A stretch of DNA of 63,038 nucleotides, the filler included, from Octopus bimaculoides (taxonomy: Eukaryota): NCBI RefSeq assembly GCF_001194135.2. It is 8 parts of 8 records of this genome, joined end to end, with 100 filler letters (N's around TTAATTAATTAA, not from the genome) between each part and the next. Parts side by side here need not be neighbours in the genome. Positions count along the whole stretch, not along the records: positions 22,432 to 31,821 come from NC_068997.1; positions 31,922 to 37,802 come from NC_068983.1; positions 37,903 to 43,673 come from NC_069006.1; 5 more parts are not named here. One strand, given 5' to 3'. A program made the translations under genes and the position numbers. Below are positions 26,313 through 38,710 of this stretch, in pieces (the first letter of the stretch is position 1; each line of letters starts with the position of its first letter). The notes beneath the pieces are model-generated. The model saw nothing but the letters and a program-made list of their open reading frames with translations. It was not told where the DNA came from and did no database searches.

Positions 26313-27829
26313 CTTATCTCCTTAGACGGAGATAATCCGTCTAAGGAGATGATCTGAAGTGATTAGGATAGTCCATTCTGCTTTGAATCAGTTTAAAAAA
26401 GAAGGTCTATGTCGATGGTCAAGGATGATGGTCAAGGTTGATGATGATGATGATGGTTGTGAACAGGCTTTACACTGTACTGCTTGCAATGTTCGTTAAT
26501 ACAGAGCTGATACCGTAATAATAATTGTCATCACTCTCACTGTCATCATCAATATTATTACAGCCGTCAGCACAACTACCACCACCACAACCATTACCTC
26601 CATCACCACTGCTGCCAGCACCACCATCACCACCACCACCACCATCACCACCACCACTGCTATAACCGCCACCACTACCATCACCACCACCACCACCACC
26701 ACTACCACCACGACCATCACCACNNNNNNNNNNNNNNNNNNNNNNNNNNNNNNNNNNNNNNNNNNNNNNNNNNNNNNNNNNNNNNNNNNNNNNNNNNNNN
26801 NNNNNNNNNNNNNNNNNNNNNNNNNNNNNNNNNNNNNNNNNNNNNNNNNNNNNNNNNNNNNNNNNNNNNNNNNNNNNNNNNNNNNNNNNNNNNNNNNNNN
26901 NNNNNNNNNNNNNNNNNNNNNNNNNNNNNNNNNNNNNNNNNNNNNNNNNNNNNNNNNNNNNNNNNNNNNNNNNNNNNNNNNNNNNNNNNNNNNNNNNNNN
27001 NNNNNNNNNNNNNNNNNNNNNNNNNNNNNNNNNNNNNNNNNNNNNNNNNNNNNNNNNNNNNNNNNNNNNNNNNNNNNNNNNNNNNNNNNNNNNNNNNNNN
27101 NNNNNNNNNNNNNNNNNNNNNNNNNNNNNNNNNNNNNNNNNNNNNNNNNNNNNNNNNNNNNNNNNNNNNNNNNNNNNNNNNNNNNNNNNNNNNNNNNNNN
27201 NNNNNNNNNNNNNNNNNNNNNNNNNNNNNNNNNNNNNNNNNNNNNNNNNNNNNNNNNNNNNNNNNNNNNNNNNNNNNNNNNNNNNNNNNNNNNNNNNNNN
27301 NNNNNNNNNNNNNNNNNNNNNNNNNNNNNNNNNNNNNNNNNNNNNNNNNNNNNNNNNNNNNNNNNNNNNNNNNNNNNNNNNNNNNNNNNNNNNNNNNNNN
27401 NNNNNNNNNNNNNNNNNNNNNNNNNNNNNNNNNNNNNNNNNNNNNNTACCACCACTATCATCACAATTACCATTGCCAAGGGAACGACATTGGATAATGT
27501 AGTTATAAATATACTTCAAACAGGATTGCCACGGATGGAATGGTTAGTGATCATAGGTCTTACTAGCATTGACCTGGGGTTAACGAACAACAACATTACC
27601 ACTGCTAGCATCACTATCATCATCAGCAGCAGCAGCAGCGGAAGCACCGTCATCATCATCATCATCATCTCTGGAAGGACCTCACATTCTTCTGTATTTC
27701 TTAAGGAACTGAAAGGGAAGAAAAATGAAAACAAAAAAAAAAATAAAGACAACGATAAATAAAAGGATAAAAATAAACGAAGAAAAAATAAACAAATAAA
27801 AGGTAAAAACTCCCAAGAAACAGAGAAGA

Positions 27830-28340
27830 AGGGATAGGAAGGGAGATAGAGAAAGAGAGAAGGAAAGCAAGGAGAGAGAGAGAGAGAGGGAGGGAGGGAG
27901 AGAGAAGGAGGCAAGGTAATAGATAAGGAACTGAGAGAGAGGGAGAGAGAGAGGGAGAGAGAGAGAAAAGGAGAGGTGATAGATAAGGAATTGAGATAGA
28001 GAGGAAGAGAGAGAAGGAGAGAGTGAGAGAGAGAAGGAGAGAGAGCGAGGGAGAGAGAAAGAGAGAAAAGAGGAGGTGATAGATAAAGAATAGAGGGGGA
28101 GAGAGAGAGAGAGAGAGAGAGAGCAGTAGATGATGAAGAGAAGGAAAGGTGAGGAAGAAGAATTAAAGGAAATGGACAGAAGAAGAAGAAGAAGAAGAAG
28201 AAGGAGTAGAAAAAGAAGAAGAAGAAGAAGAAGGAGAAGAAGAAGAAGGAGAAGAAGAAGTAGAAGGAGAAGAAGAAGAGAAGGAGAATGAGCAGGCAGA
28301 AGAGGAAATGGTAAAAAGGAAAACAGGAGAGGGATAGGAT
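27830..28340. repeat. Purine-rich (GA)n/(AGA)n tract
   Basis: About 500 bp of mostly purines on the plus strand. Confidence 0.9.
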
Positions 28341-29061
28341 GATGGGTGGGGGGTGAGGATGGGAGGGTAGGTGGTTGGGGGGAATCAGAAAGAACAGCTG
28401 GAATGTGTTGATTGCAATAGAAGACAATAGGAAACAACNNNNNNNNNNNNNNNNNNNNNNNNNNNNNNNNNNNNNNNNNNNNNNNNNNNNNNNNNNNNNN
28501 NNNNNNNNNNNNNNNNNNNNNNNNNNNNNNNNNNNNNNNNNNNNNNNNNNNNNNNNNNNNNNNNNNNNNNNNNNNNNNNNNNNNNNNNNNNNNNNNNNNN
28601 NNNNNNNNNNNNNNNNNNNNNNNNNNNNNNNNNNNNNNNNNNNNNNNNNNNNNNNNNNNNNNNNNNNNNNNNNNNNNNNNNNNNNNNNNNNNNNNNNNNN
28701 NNNNNNNNNNNNNNNNNNNNNNNNNNNNNNNNNNNNNNNNNNNNNNNNNNNNNNNNNNNNNNNNNNNNNNNNNNNNNNNNNNNNNNNNNNNNNNNNNNNN
28801 NNNNNNNNNNNNNNNNNNNNNNNNNNNNNNNNNNNNNNNNNNNNNNNNNNNNNNNNNNNNNNNNNNNNNNNNNNNNNNNNNNNNNNNNNNNNNNNNNNNN
28901 NNNNNNNNNNNNNNNNNNNNNNNNNNNNNNNNNNNNNNNNNNNNNNNNNNNNNNNNNNNNNNNNNNNNNNNNNNNNNNNNNNNNNNNNNNNNNNNNNNNN
29001 NNNNNNNNNNNNNNNNNNNNNNNNNNNNNNNNNNNNNNNNNNNNNNNNNNNNNNNNNNNNN

Positions 29062-29129
<68 letters not shown>

Positions 29130-29315
29130 CCCCTCTCTCTCTCTCTCTCCGCCACCACCACTCTCTTCTCCCAGTTGGCACTGAAGACCTACCAACATCT
29201 CCCCACCACCAGCACCACGACCACCTACTCCACCAACCAGCCAAGCGACCAGCTGACAGACTAGCCAACCAGCAGCCACTGGACACTGGCCTGCAATCTT
29301 TTATCTATTCAACAT

Positions 29316-29354
<39 letters not shown>

Positions 29355-29600
29355 CAAACGCTTGCATGTGCACATAGAAACACAGACACATACACACACA
29401 AACACAAACACGTACACATTTTCTCTTCCTCTCTCTTTCTCTCTCTCTCTCTCATTCTCTCTCATATATATAGACGTGCAAACTCACACATATACACATT
29501 TACATACACTGACATATGGAGAAAGAGCTGCGTATAAGCAATATATATAGACAGACACATGCATAGACACACGCACATACAGATGCCCACACAGAGAGAA

Positions 29601-29649
<49 letters not shown>

Positions 29650-30280
29650 CATATACAGAGAGATGTTTACAATGCATAGGGACACAAAAACATGTACATA
29701 AAAACATGGAGAAATGTGCACACATGCATATGCACACGCACTTTCGCACACATTTAGGCATACACACACACGTACATACGCTGATATAGACGCAAATACA
29801 TGTAGACGCAGGGGCAGTAGAGTCAGAGAAAGAGAGATACGCATGCTTATGTAGACGTGCACACATACGTGCATCTGTCTGCACAGACACAACAATGTCG
29901 GCAAGCATATACTTATCATACGCCAACGATGGAAATGTGCCACAAATCACGCGAAATTTCTTGCAGCTCTGGAGACACCGTTTAAGAACGATAGCTTGTA
30001 GGGTTTTTATTCGTTACCAGCATCATCATCACCGTCATCGTCATCGTCATCATCGTCGTCGTCATCGTCGTCGTCATCATCGTCTTCATCGTCACTATGA
30101 GGTGTAGCCTTCTTATATCCTCAGCATCGATATTGCACGATCCTAGCAGTGTTAAATGTTTCCTCTGCGTCTGCCGAGATGCATGTAGACAAACAGACAG
30201 ACAGACCGACTGATAGACAGAAAGATAAAATATATAGAAAGATAAGCTTAGATGGTTGATGTAAATGTATAAATACATGT

Positions 30281-30726
30281 AGGTGTGGGAGTGGCTGTGT
30301 GGTAAGAAGCTTGCTTCCCAACCACATGGTTCCGGGATCAGTACTACTACTTGGCACCTTGGGCAAGTGTCTTCTACTATAGCCTCAGGCTGACCAAAGC
30401 CTTGTGAGTGGATTTGGTAGACGGAAACTGAAAGATGCCTATGATATATATATATATATTATATATATACACATACATACATACATATATATATGTATAT
30501 ATAATCATATGTATATATATATATATATTTATATATATAAATACATATATATGTGTGTCTGTGTTTGTCCCTGCACCATCGCTTGACAGCCTGTGTTGGT
30601 GTATTTATGTACCTGTAAGTGCTAGGATTACAAAAAATAAGTCCTAGGGTCGATTTGTTCAACTAAAGGTGGTGCTCTAGCATGGCCAAAGTCAAATGAT
30701 TGAAACAAGTAAAAAAATAAAAGAAT
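30281..30726 (+). mobile_element. SINE family A, near full length, followed by two extra tail fragments (about 30755-30925 and 30950-31185)
   Basis: Same head, core and tail as 56159-56473. Internal microsatellite at about 30440-30555. Confidence 0.85.
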
Positions 30727-31214
30727 ACACATAGATACGTGTATGTATTTACATTCCTGTGGGTTAGCGGTTTGGCAAGAGAGACTGATAAAATAAATAC
30801 AAGGTATATAAAATTTTTTTTTTTTAAAGTACTAGGATCCATTCATTTGACTGAAAGTTCTTCATGGCAGTGCCCCAGAATGGCCACAGTCAAATGACTG
30901 AAATAAGTAAAAGATAAAAATAAATATAAAAAAATTTAAGGATGCGTGCGTGTGTGTCTGTGTGTGTAAGTGTGTGTGTGTGTGTATCATTGTGTCTGCG
31001 TTTGTCCTGACCACTACTTGACAACTGGTGTTGGCATGCGTACATAACTTGTAACTTAGCGGTTCGGTAAAAGAAAAAGATGGAGTAAGTACCAGACTTA
31101 TTAAAAAGTAAATAAATAAATAAAAATAAGTTTTTGAGGGTGGTGCTCCAGCATGGCTGCAGTTTAATGACTGCAACAAGTCAAAATATAAATGAAAAAC
31201 ATATATACATTTGT

Positions 31215-31580
31215 AAATATTCTATTCTATTCCATTCTGGGGCAGGTAAAATTCTTGAAAATCCATGGGCAAGTTCTTTCCAGCAGCCTTTATCCCTTAT
31301 CATCTCTGCCATGTCCTGTGTCTCCCAGTGCCCAGTGCCTCATCCTTGGTCTCCCTCTTCTCGTGTGTCTGTGTAGGGGCTCCAACAGGAGTATTGAGTG
31401 TAGTAACAACTTTAAATGATGGTGAGCATGTCCAGGCATCTTCAGTCACCTCTGTGTTATTTTCAAGCTAACTTTTGGGAGGCTCTTGTAAAACTCAGAG
31501 TTCTTCATCCTCAGTGTATGTATACTCCTCATGGAGTTTTAAGTGTCTTCACTCAATAAAACACTCACAGCACCTGGTCT
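31215..31580 (-). mobile_element. Chimeric retroposon: SINE-C-like 5' segment joined to an RTE 3' end with a (GAATA)n tail
   Basis: Minus strand TGTGAGTGTTTTATTGAGTGAAGACACTTAAAACTCCATGAGG matches 33900-33942. It is followed by NSEFYKSLPKVSLKITQR*LKMPGHAH...LLLEPLHRHTRRGRP (RTE ORF2 C-terminus) and a GAATA repeat tail. Confidence 0.65.
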
Positions 31581-31650
31581 GGAAATACACTGCCTTGAAG
31601 TGTATTTCAAGGCAGTGAAATACACTTCAATTGGTCCGAGTAATTCTTTG

Positions 31651-31688
<38 letters not shown>

Positions 31689-31921
31689 CAATAGGGTAAA
31701 ATATTGGATATTAATTAATATCAATTTAATATCAGGGAACAAGCACATTAAAAGAATCAGGGAGATTCAGAAAAAAAATATCTGAGATCTCAAAGGCCTC
31801 CTTTATATATATATATATATANNNNNNNNNNNNNNNNNNNNNNNNNNNNNNNNNNNNNNNNNNNNTTAATTAATTAANNNNNNNNNNNNNNNNNNNNNNN
31901 NNNNNNNNNNNNNNNNNNNNN

Positions 31922-31989
<68 letters not shown>

Positions 31990-32718
31990 ATGAATGTATG
32001 TATGCAGGTATGTACGTACGTACATATGCAGGTGTGTATGTATGATATATATATGATATATGATATATTTACCAATACACGTTTACAAATATGTTATCAA
32101 ATACAAATAACTATTTACTGATACAGAGGAATATAGTTGTATGTGTTTGTTAGGATATATGATGTGTTTTGTATGCATAAATATTAATATGAGCATTAGT
32201 CTGTATATGTATATCACTGTACGGCTTTGTATATGAGCGCTCTGGTATGTACAGTATGAAACATGAGGAGAATCTTACTGGCCTGTATCTTCAAGAAGCT
32301 GAGAACGTATGGAAGACATTAAGAGAGGTAGCTGTATTAGGAGAGCATGTAAGAGAAATAAATAAATATATATATAGAGAGAGAGGGGGGAGAAGAGAGG
32401 GAGTTGAATACAGAGAGAGGAGCAACAGTTGATTGGTGAATGAGAGAGAGGAGGAGAGATAGAGTGAGAGGCATGAATGGTGAGAGATAAATTCATAGAT
32501 CAGCAAACAGCTTTGTATTGCAACATAAACAAGAAACCGAACGAATTTTAATTAGATATGCATCGGCCGAATGAACATTTATCATTAGTTGTATGTATAA
32601 TACATGTCAGTAATGTACACAAAGCAGCACACGCCATCTATCACATTTATTACTCATATATTAACAGTTCAACAATTAAACTGTAACATAATACATACAT
32701 ATATACACAGACACATAA

Positions 32719-32749
<31 letters not shown>

Positions 32750-32987
32750 CATATATATANNNNNNNNNNNNNNNNNNNNNNNNNNNNNNNNNNNNNNNNN
32801 NNNNNNNNNNNNNNNNNNNNNNNNNNNNNNNNNNNNNNNNNNNNNNNNNNNNNNNNNNNNNNNNNNNNNNNNNNNNNNNNNNNNNNNNNNNNNNNNNNNN
32901 NNNNNNNNNNNNNNNNNNNNNNNNNNNNNNNNNNNNNNNNNNNNNNNNNNNNNNNNNNNNNNNNNNNNTATATATATATATATATAT

Positions 32988-33835
32988 TGTGAGTCAATGG
33001 GCTGGCAAAAACAAAATGCAGCTAAACGAGGGAAAATTTGAGCTGATGCATTTGGGAAGAAAGACTATACTAAAACAGCCATACTCTCTTCCTTCAGGAG
33101 AACTGCTCACAGCATCTAATAATATCAGGGACCTAGGTGTAATTGTTGATAACAATCTCACTTGAAGTGCCCACATCAACAATCAGGTCGATATAGCTGG
33201 TAGGATGAGCTCCTGGATCTTAAGAACCTTCCGGTCCAGAGACCAAAGTGTCATCATTCCACTTTTCTCCTCCTTTGTACGGCCACACCTCGAATACTGC
33301 TGCCCTTTGTGGTCTACCCATACAAAACAAAACATCTCGAAGATTGAATCACCCCAGAGGGCACTCACTAAACGAATTGAAGGCATGACTGATCTCGATT
33401 ACTGGGACCGCCTTAAAGCCTTCTAACTCTACTCTCTCCAGCGCTGCCGCGAGCCGTACATCATTTGTACGATGTGGAGAATATACCGCCAGTATTACCC
33501 AAACGACCTGAACATTAGTTTTAAGGTTCATCGAAGGCTGGAACCACGGGCCATACGTCCCCTTCCCAAATCAATATCACAACGTATAGGTACACTGCGA
33601 CACAGTTTCTTTTCCTCAACAGGTCCGGCCCTGTTTAACATTGTCCCAAAACTGATCAAAGAGGAAAATGATCCCATCACCTTTAAACGGAGTCTGGACA
33701 AATTTCTTCAAGGAATACCAGATAAGCCACCCATACCTTGATACAACTCACTCAACAAGAACTCACTACTTGAATGGACCATAATACCCGAAATCTTGAC
33801 TTAAAAAGGATTTAGATAATCTTACCAGGTGGTGC
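32988..33835 (+). mobile_element. CR1-clade LINE, 3' portion of ORF2 plus 3'UTR
   Basis: WAGKNKMQLNEGKFELMHLG...RDLGVIVD...WILRTFRSRD...FVRPHLEYCCPLWS...IESPQRALTKRIEGMTDLDYWDRLKAF...FKRSLDKFL, with stops and frameshifts. Confidence 0.9.
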
Positions 33836-34200
33836 TAGCCCAGTGATTAAGGCAGTGGACTGGCGGTCGTAGGATCAAGGTTTCGATCACAGACTGGAAG
33901 TTGTGAGTGTTTATTGAGTGAAAACACCTAAAGCTCCACGAGGCTCTGGCATGCTGTGGTAGCGAACCCTGCTCTACTATTTCTCCACAACTTTCACTCT
34001 TTCTTCCTGTTTCTGTTGTATCTGTATTTCAAAGAGCCAGCCTTGTCACAGTCTGTGTCACGCTGAATCTCCCCGCGGACTACGTTAAGGGTACACGTGT
34101 CTGTGGAATGCTCAGCCACTTGCACGTTAATTTCACGAGCAGGCTTTCCGTTGAACGGATCAACTGGAACCCTCGTCATCGCAACCGACGGAGTGCTACA
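33836..34200 (+). mobile_element. tRNA-head SINE family C
   Basis: A-box-like TAGCCCAGTG and B-box-like GGTTTCGATC. The tail GTGTCTGTGG...TTAATTTCACGAGCAGG...ACCGACGGAGTGC has a decayed relative at about 10005-10110. Confidence 0.7.
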
Positions 34201-34226
34201 GTGTTTATGTTATTGTGTATGTATAT

Positions 34227-34299
<73 letters not shown>

Positions 34300-34596
34300 T
34301 TTGATTATGCTATTGTATATGTCTGTGTGTATGTCATTTGTCTGCATACACAGTCGTATAGAGAGATTGTCTTCCCGTATGTCCGTACGTATGTGAATTT
34401 GTGTTATTATCGGAACGAGAGAAGTTAACGGCCTGACATTCAAAAAGCCACTAACATATGCATAGCGAGATAAATTATGACGACGAAGCAAAGACATAAT
34501 ATATTTATAATTCTATTAGTTTGTGTGTGTGTGTGTGTGTGCATGTGTACGTGTATGCGTGTGTGTGTGTGTGTGTGTACACAGAAATATATATAT

Positions 34597-34666
<70 letters not shown>

Positions 34667-35164
34667 GCATTGCGTCTGTAAAAGCAACTGTACCGTTACT
34701 AAACACCATTAGTAGTACAACATATTTTAGAAACCAATAAGTTTTATATATAAATTGTTTTATATATAAATTGTCGTGTGGCTGATGTTGCTTAATCTTT
34801 CTTATATCTACTCTTAATCCTCTCCTTATTGAGAGAGTGAAGCCAAGAAATATACGCGCACAATCGGATTTCTCACGGAAAATTTAGACTTATTCTTATA
34901 AATGATAATTCCTATCAACACAGCTGTTGAATGTGCCTTACCTAAACAAGTATATTTTACGCGTGAATGTGTACGAAATGTTTGTAGGTTTTTCCATCGC
35001 TGTGTAATAATTGCTAGGACACAAATACATTTTGGTCATAGAAAACCGTCAAGGCTTAGCTTCTTAGTCCAGTAGTATAATTCATGCTCTCCGTTTTTTT
35101 TTATTCCTTTTCTCGTAGCATATTGAACTCCAGTAAATATTAGTTGAGTAGAATTGAAACTGTA

Positions 35165-36023
35165 CTAGGTCTGATGAATAAGTATCAGGTCTGTTGCCAT
35201 AGTAACGAAGCTAAAGCATGCAGAGTAAAGCCGCTTGGCAAAGATTAATTTTGAACTCTACTGTGCATGCAGACTAATTTTTAACGTTCTAGATCACTTT
35301 CGCTGTTTTCAGCAGTGCTTGGAAGGGAGATGTGTAGCGTGTGACCGTTGCATTAACCATGACACAAAGTTGTCATGGCGATACCTGCTCAGAGGCTTAC
35401 ACAGAAAGTGTATGGAGAGGAGTGTATGAGCTGCACACAAGTGTACGAGTGGTTCAGACATTTCCAAGATGGCTGAAATAATGTCGATGCTGACGAACGT
35501 TGTGAGAGACTCGCAACCAGCAGAACTGACAAAAACATCGCTGATAATGTGCGTGCAGCTGCGAGGGGAAATTGTCGAACCACCATCCGTGAGTTATTAG
35601 ACGATGTGCACATTAATTACGGTTCAGTTCAGTCCATTATCACTGAAGATTTGGGTATGAGACGCGTGTCTGCCAAGTTTGCGCCAAAACTGTTTTCAGC
35701 TGACCAAAAAGACACTTGGGTTTCAATTGCACAAGATCTTGATTATGTCGAGAACGTTGAAAACTTTTTGAAATCTTTGCGTAGGCCTCTGAGCAGGTAT
35801 CACCAGGCTTTCGGCAAAATTTTATGCAGATTCTCTGCTGAGCTTCTGTCATCGTCAATGCTACACATCTTCCTTCCAAGCACTGCTGTAAAAAGTGGTA
35901 GTGAACTACAACGTTAAAACTTAGTGCACATGCACAACAGTGTTCAAGGCCAATCTTTGCTATGCGGCTTTACTCTGCATGCTTTAGCTTCGTTACCATG
36001 TGATACTTATTGATCAGACCACG
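35165..36023. mobile_element. Non-autonomous mariner made of two inverted left (5') ends, flanked by TA
   Basis: TIRs ta|CTAGGTCTGATGAATAAGTATC and its inverse ...GATACTTATTGATCAGACCACG|ta. Plus arm encodes N-terminal transposase (VYEWFRHFQDG...TTIRELLDDVHINYGSVQSIITEDLGMRRVSAKFAPKL). Minus arm encodes MTEAQQRICIKFCRKPGDTCSEAY. Confidence 0.85.
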
Positions 36024-36202
36024 TACAAGAATCCCAAATGTCACATGCCCGTGTAAGACTTCACCTTTGATTTACAACAACGCCCCGCAACAAGTATGCA
36101 ACGAGACGATGCTAAGTAATCTGAATATAATTTTTCTCCCTATATTTTCAGTTATTTTTAGAGTTCAGGTGTGCTGCCGAAATTTGTAAAAAATAGAAGT
36201 CT

Positions 36203-36240
36203 ACCGGAAGTGAAAAATGCTTGCGGCGCACCGATTTACA
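36203..36240. promoter_or_regulatory. Promoter-like site with a perfect ETS motif
   Basis: ACCGGAAGTG at 36203-36212, followed by CpG-rich GCTTGCGGCGCACCG. Confidence 0.35.
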
Positions 36241-36658
36241 GCAATCTGCATAGCATATAGCAAGCATCATTGCTAAAATATATTGCTGAAAGGAAAATCC
36301 TACACTCCTATTTCCAATGTACACCAACTTACTGCTTCAAAATATCTAATCTGAATGCATTATTTCCTTAAAAGTCATGAAAGCCTATCATTTTCATTTT
36401 GTTTTTTTCTTGTTTAATTTTTCCGTTTTGTTTTTGCTTCTATTTTCACCTCTGAAGGAATTTTTACAAATATTTCGTGAATTTAACTCATTTTTCATTT
36501 TCCCATTCTGTTTACTTTGTACAGCCTCTCTTCGCATTTTATTGAAATTGTGATTATTGTAAGGCGAGTTTCAGAAATCAAATTGAGTCTTAAATCTTCA
36601 AACACAGATAAATATTTGTCAAAATATATTGCTGGGGGAAAAACATAAACGAAATAAT

Positions 36659-36707
<49 letters not shown>

Positions 36708-36776
36708 TTAATAATAATAGTAGTAGTAGTATTAATAAATAATAATAATAATAATAATAAAATAATAGTAATAATG

Positions 36777-36809
<33 letters not shown>

Positions 36810-36864
36810 GTATTAATAAATAATAATAATAATGATAATAATAATAATAATAATGATAATAATG

Positions 36865-36920
<56 letters not shown>

Positions 36921-37493
36921 ACGAATGATAACGATGATGGTGAGAAAGAGGGGGACGGCGATGATGATGATGATGATGATAAAATGTAAATATAGATAAC
37001 TAAATAACTAAACTTAATCCTTTGCTTTGCGCATGCCCTGTTTTAGGGTAGCACTGTCTTCTTTCGTGTTAGGGTGTTAAATATAAATCTATTCTCGCTT
37101 GCACTTCTTTCTATTGACAGAAAGTTTTAATTTCCGGTTAAACTGCTCGACCCAACAGACTTGACGCCGGTGAAGGAAATAATATTCTGATCAGAATTCT
37201 CTACTTTCACAATTTTGCTTGAATAGTTTCAGCGAATTATTCTGCTTTTTGAGTTCGATCGACAGATATACTAAATATTAGAAATAACTAACTATTACAT
37301 CGATTAAATATTCAATTCACTGTATTTTTGTATCATTTTGTCGTTTCTGCCTCTCTATCTCTTTCCTAACTTATTATGGCTTATCCGCAATATATTTAGA
37401 CATACATACATACATACATACATGTGTGTGTATACATTTATATGTGTATGCGTGTACATATATGTGGGTATATACAAGATACAAATATAATAT

Positions 37494-37530
<37 letters not shown>

Positions 37531-37765
37531 CAATATATCTATAATGTATACATATATGTACACACACAAACACATATATAGACACATACATCCACTACCA
37601 CAGATTTACACATTTACAAACACACACACACACACATACATATATACATATCAACATACACCTGCATACTTACACCCTGAACTAAATACACAAACACATA
37701 CAAACACAGATATATACACACATATATATATGCATATATATAAAAATGTATGTATATATTTACAC

Positions 37766-37802
<37 letters not shown>

Positions 37803-38584
37803 NNNNNNNNNNNNNNNNNNNNNNNNNNNNNNNNNNNNNNNNNNNNTTAATTAATTAANNNNNNNNNNNNNNNNNNNNNNNNNNNNNNNNNNNNNNNNNN
37901 NNGGGAGGGTTTTTTAAATTTTATTTTTAATTTAATTTTTTTTTTTTTTAGTCATTGCTAATTTTATTTAGTCTCCTCATTTCAGAATAATTACAAAAAT
38001 AATTTAAAAAAACAAACAAAGGGATGGGATGTGGGCGGTTGATCAAAAGACAAGTCACTCTGCTTTATCTTTTCACTATTTACTTTCCAGAGTAAATGTA
38101 ATAATAATAATGACAGGTCTGGATATTTACACATACAAAAAAAAATTAAAATAATTGTAAAAAATGAATTAATATTTAAAAAAAAATTGGCAAAAAAAAA
38201 AGATAGAAAAATATGTAAATTTCTTTTGACACCCAGCTCAACATCTGCAAATGTTGATTAGTGATATTGTAATAATTGTTAATTATTATTGCTAATTACA
38301 ACAACTATTGCTAGTCTGACATCAGGACTGCCACCATCACCACCACCAGTTGTTGCCTGTTGTATAAAGCGCTGTGTTTTCCTCCCCACTCCCCTACACT
38401 GAAATACTCTGGACTTCAAAGTCAAATACAAACCATTTGTCTTTGTAAGTGTGTGTGTGTGTGTGTGTGTGTATATGCATGAGTGTGTGTTATATGTCTG
38501 TGTGTGTGTAATGTTATGTGTGCGTTATATACACCAGCAAGTCCAATTAGTGGTGTGGCAGTAACGATTTCCTGCAGGGATACG

Positions 38585-38675
38585 ATGTTGATGTCGATAG
38601 TGGTGACCGAGCCGGGGCCTGAAGCGAGAGCAGGCAGTGATGACAGCGGAAGCTGGAGCAGCAGCAACTTGTGGG
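38585..38675 (+). CDS. Candidate first coding exon of an unidentified small-exon gene
   Basis: Acceptor tttcctgcag at 38577, ATG at 38585, MLMSIVVTEPGPEARAGSDDSGSWSSSNLW, phase-1 donor G|gtttgt (weak). Could instead be the 5'UTR or promoter of a minus-strand gene. Confidence 0.25.
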
Positions 38676-38691
38676 GTTTGTCTTACGTCAG

Positions 38692-38710
38692 TAGCCACTA
38701 GGTGGCACTA
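38692..38710 (+). promoter_or_regulatory. CTCF-like motif
   Basis: TAGCCACTAGGTGGCACTA against the consensus TGGCCACCAGGGGGCGCTA. Flanked by TTACGTCA (CRE-like) and a CCCGCCCC GC box. Confidence 0.5.

Noticed and set aside
33836-33900. tRNA genes at SINE heads
   Set aside because: A and B boxes are present, but there is no cloverleaf or acceptor stem and each continues into a repeat body.
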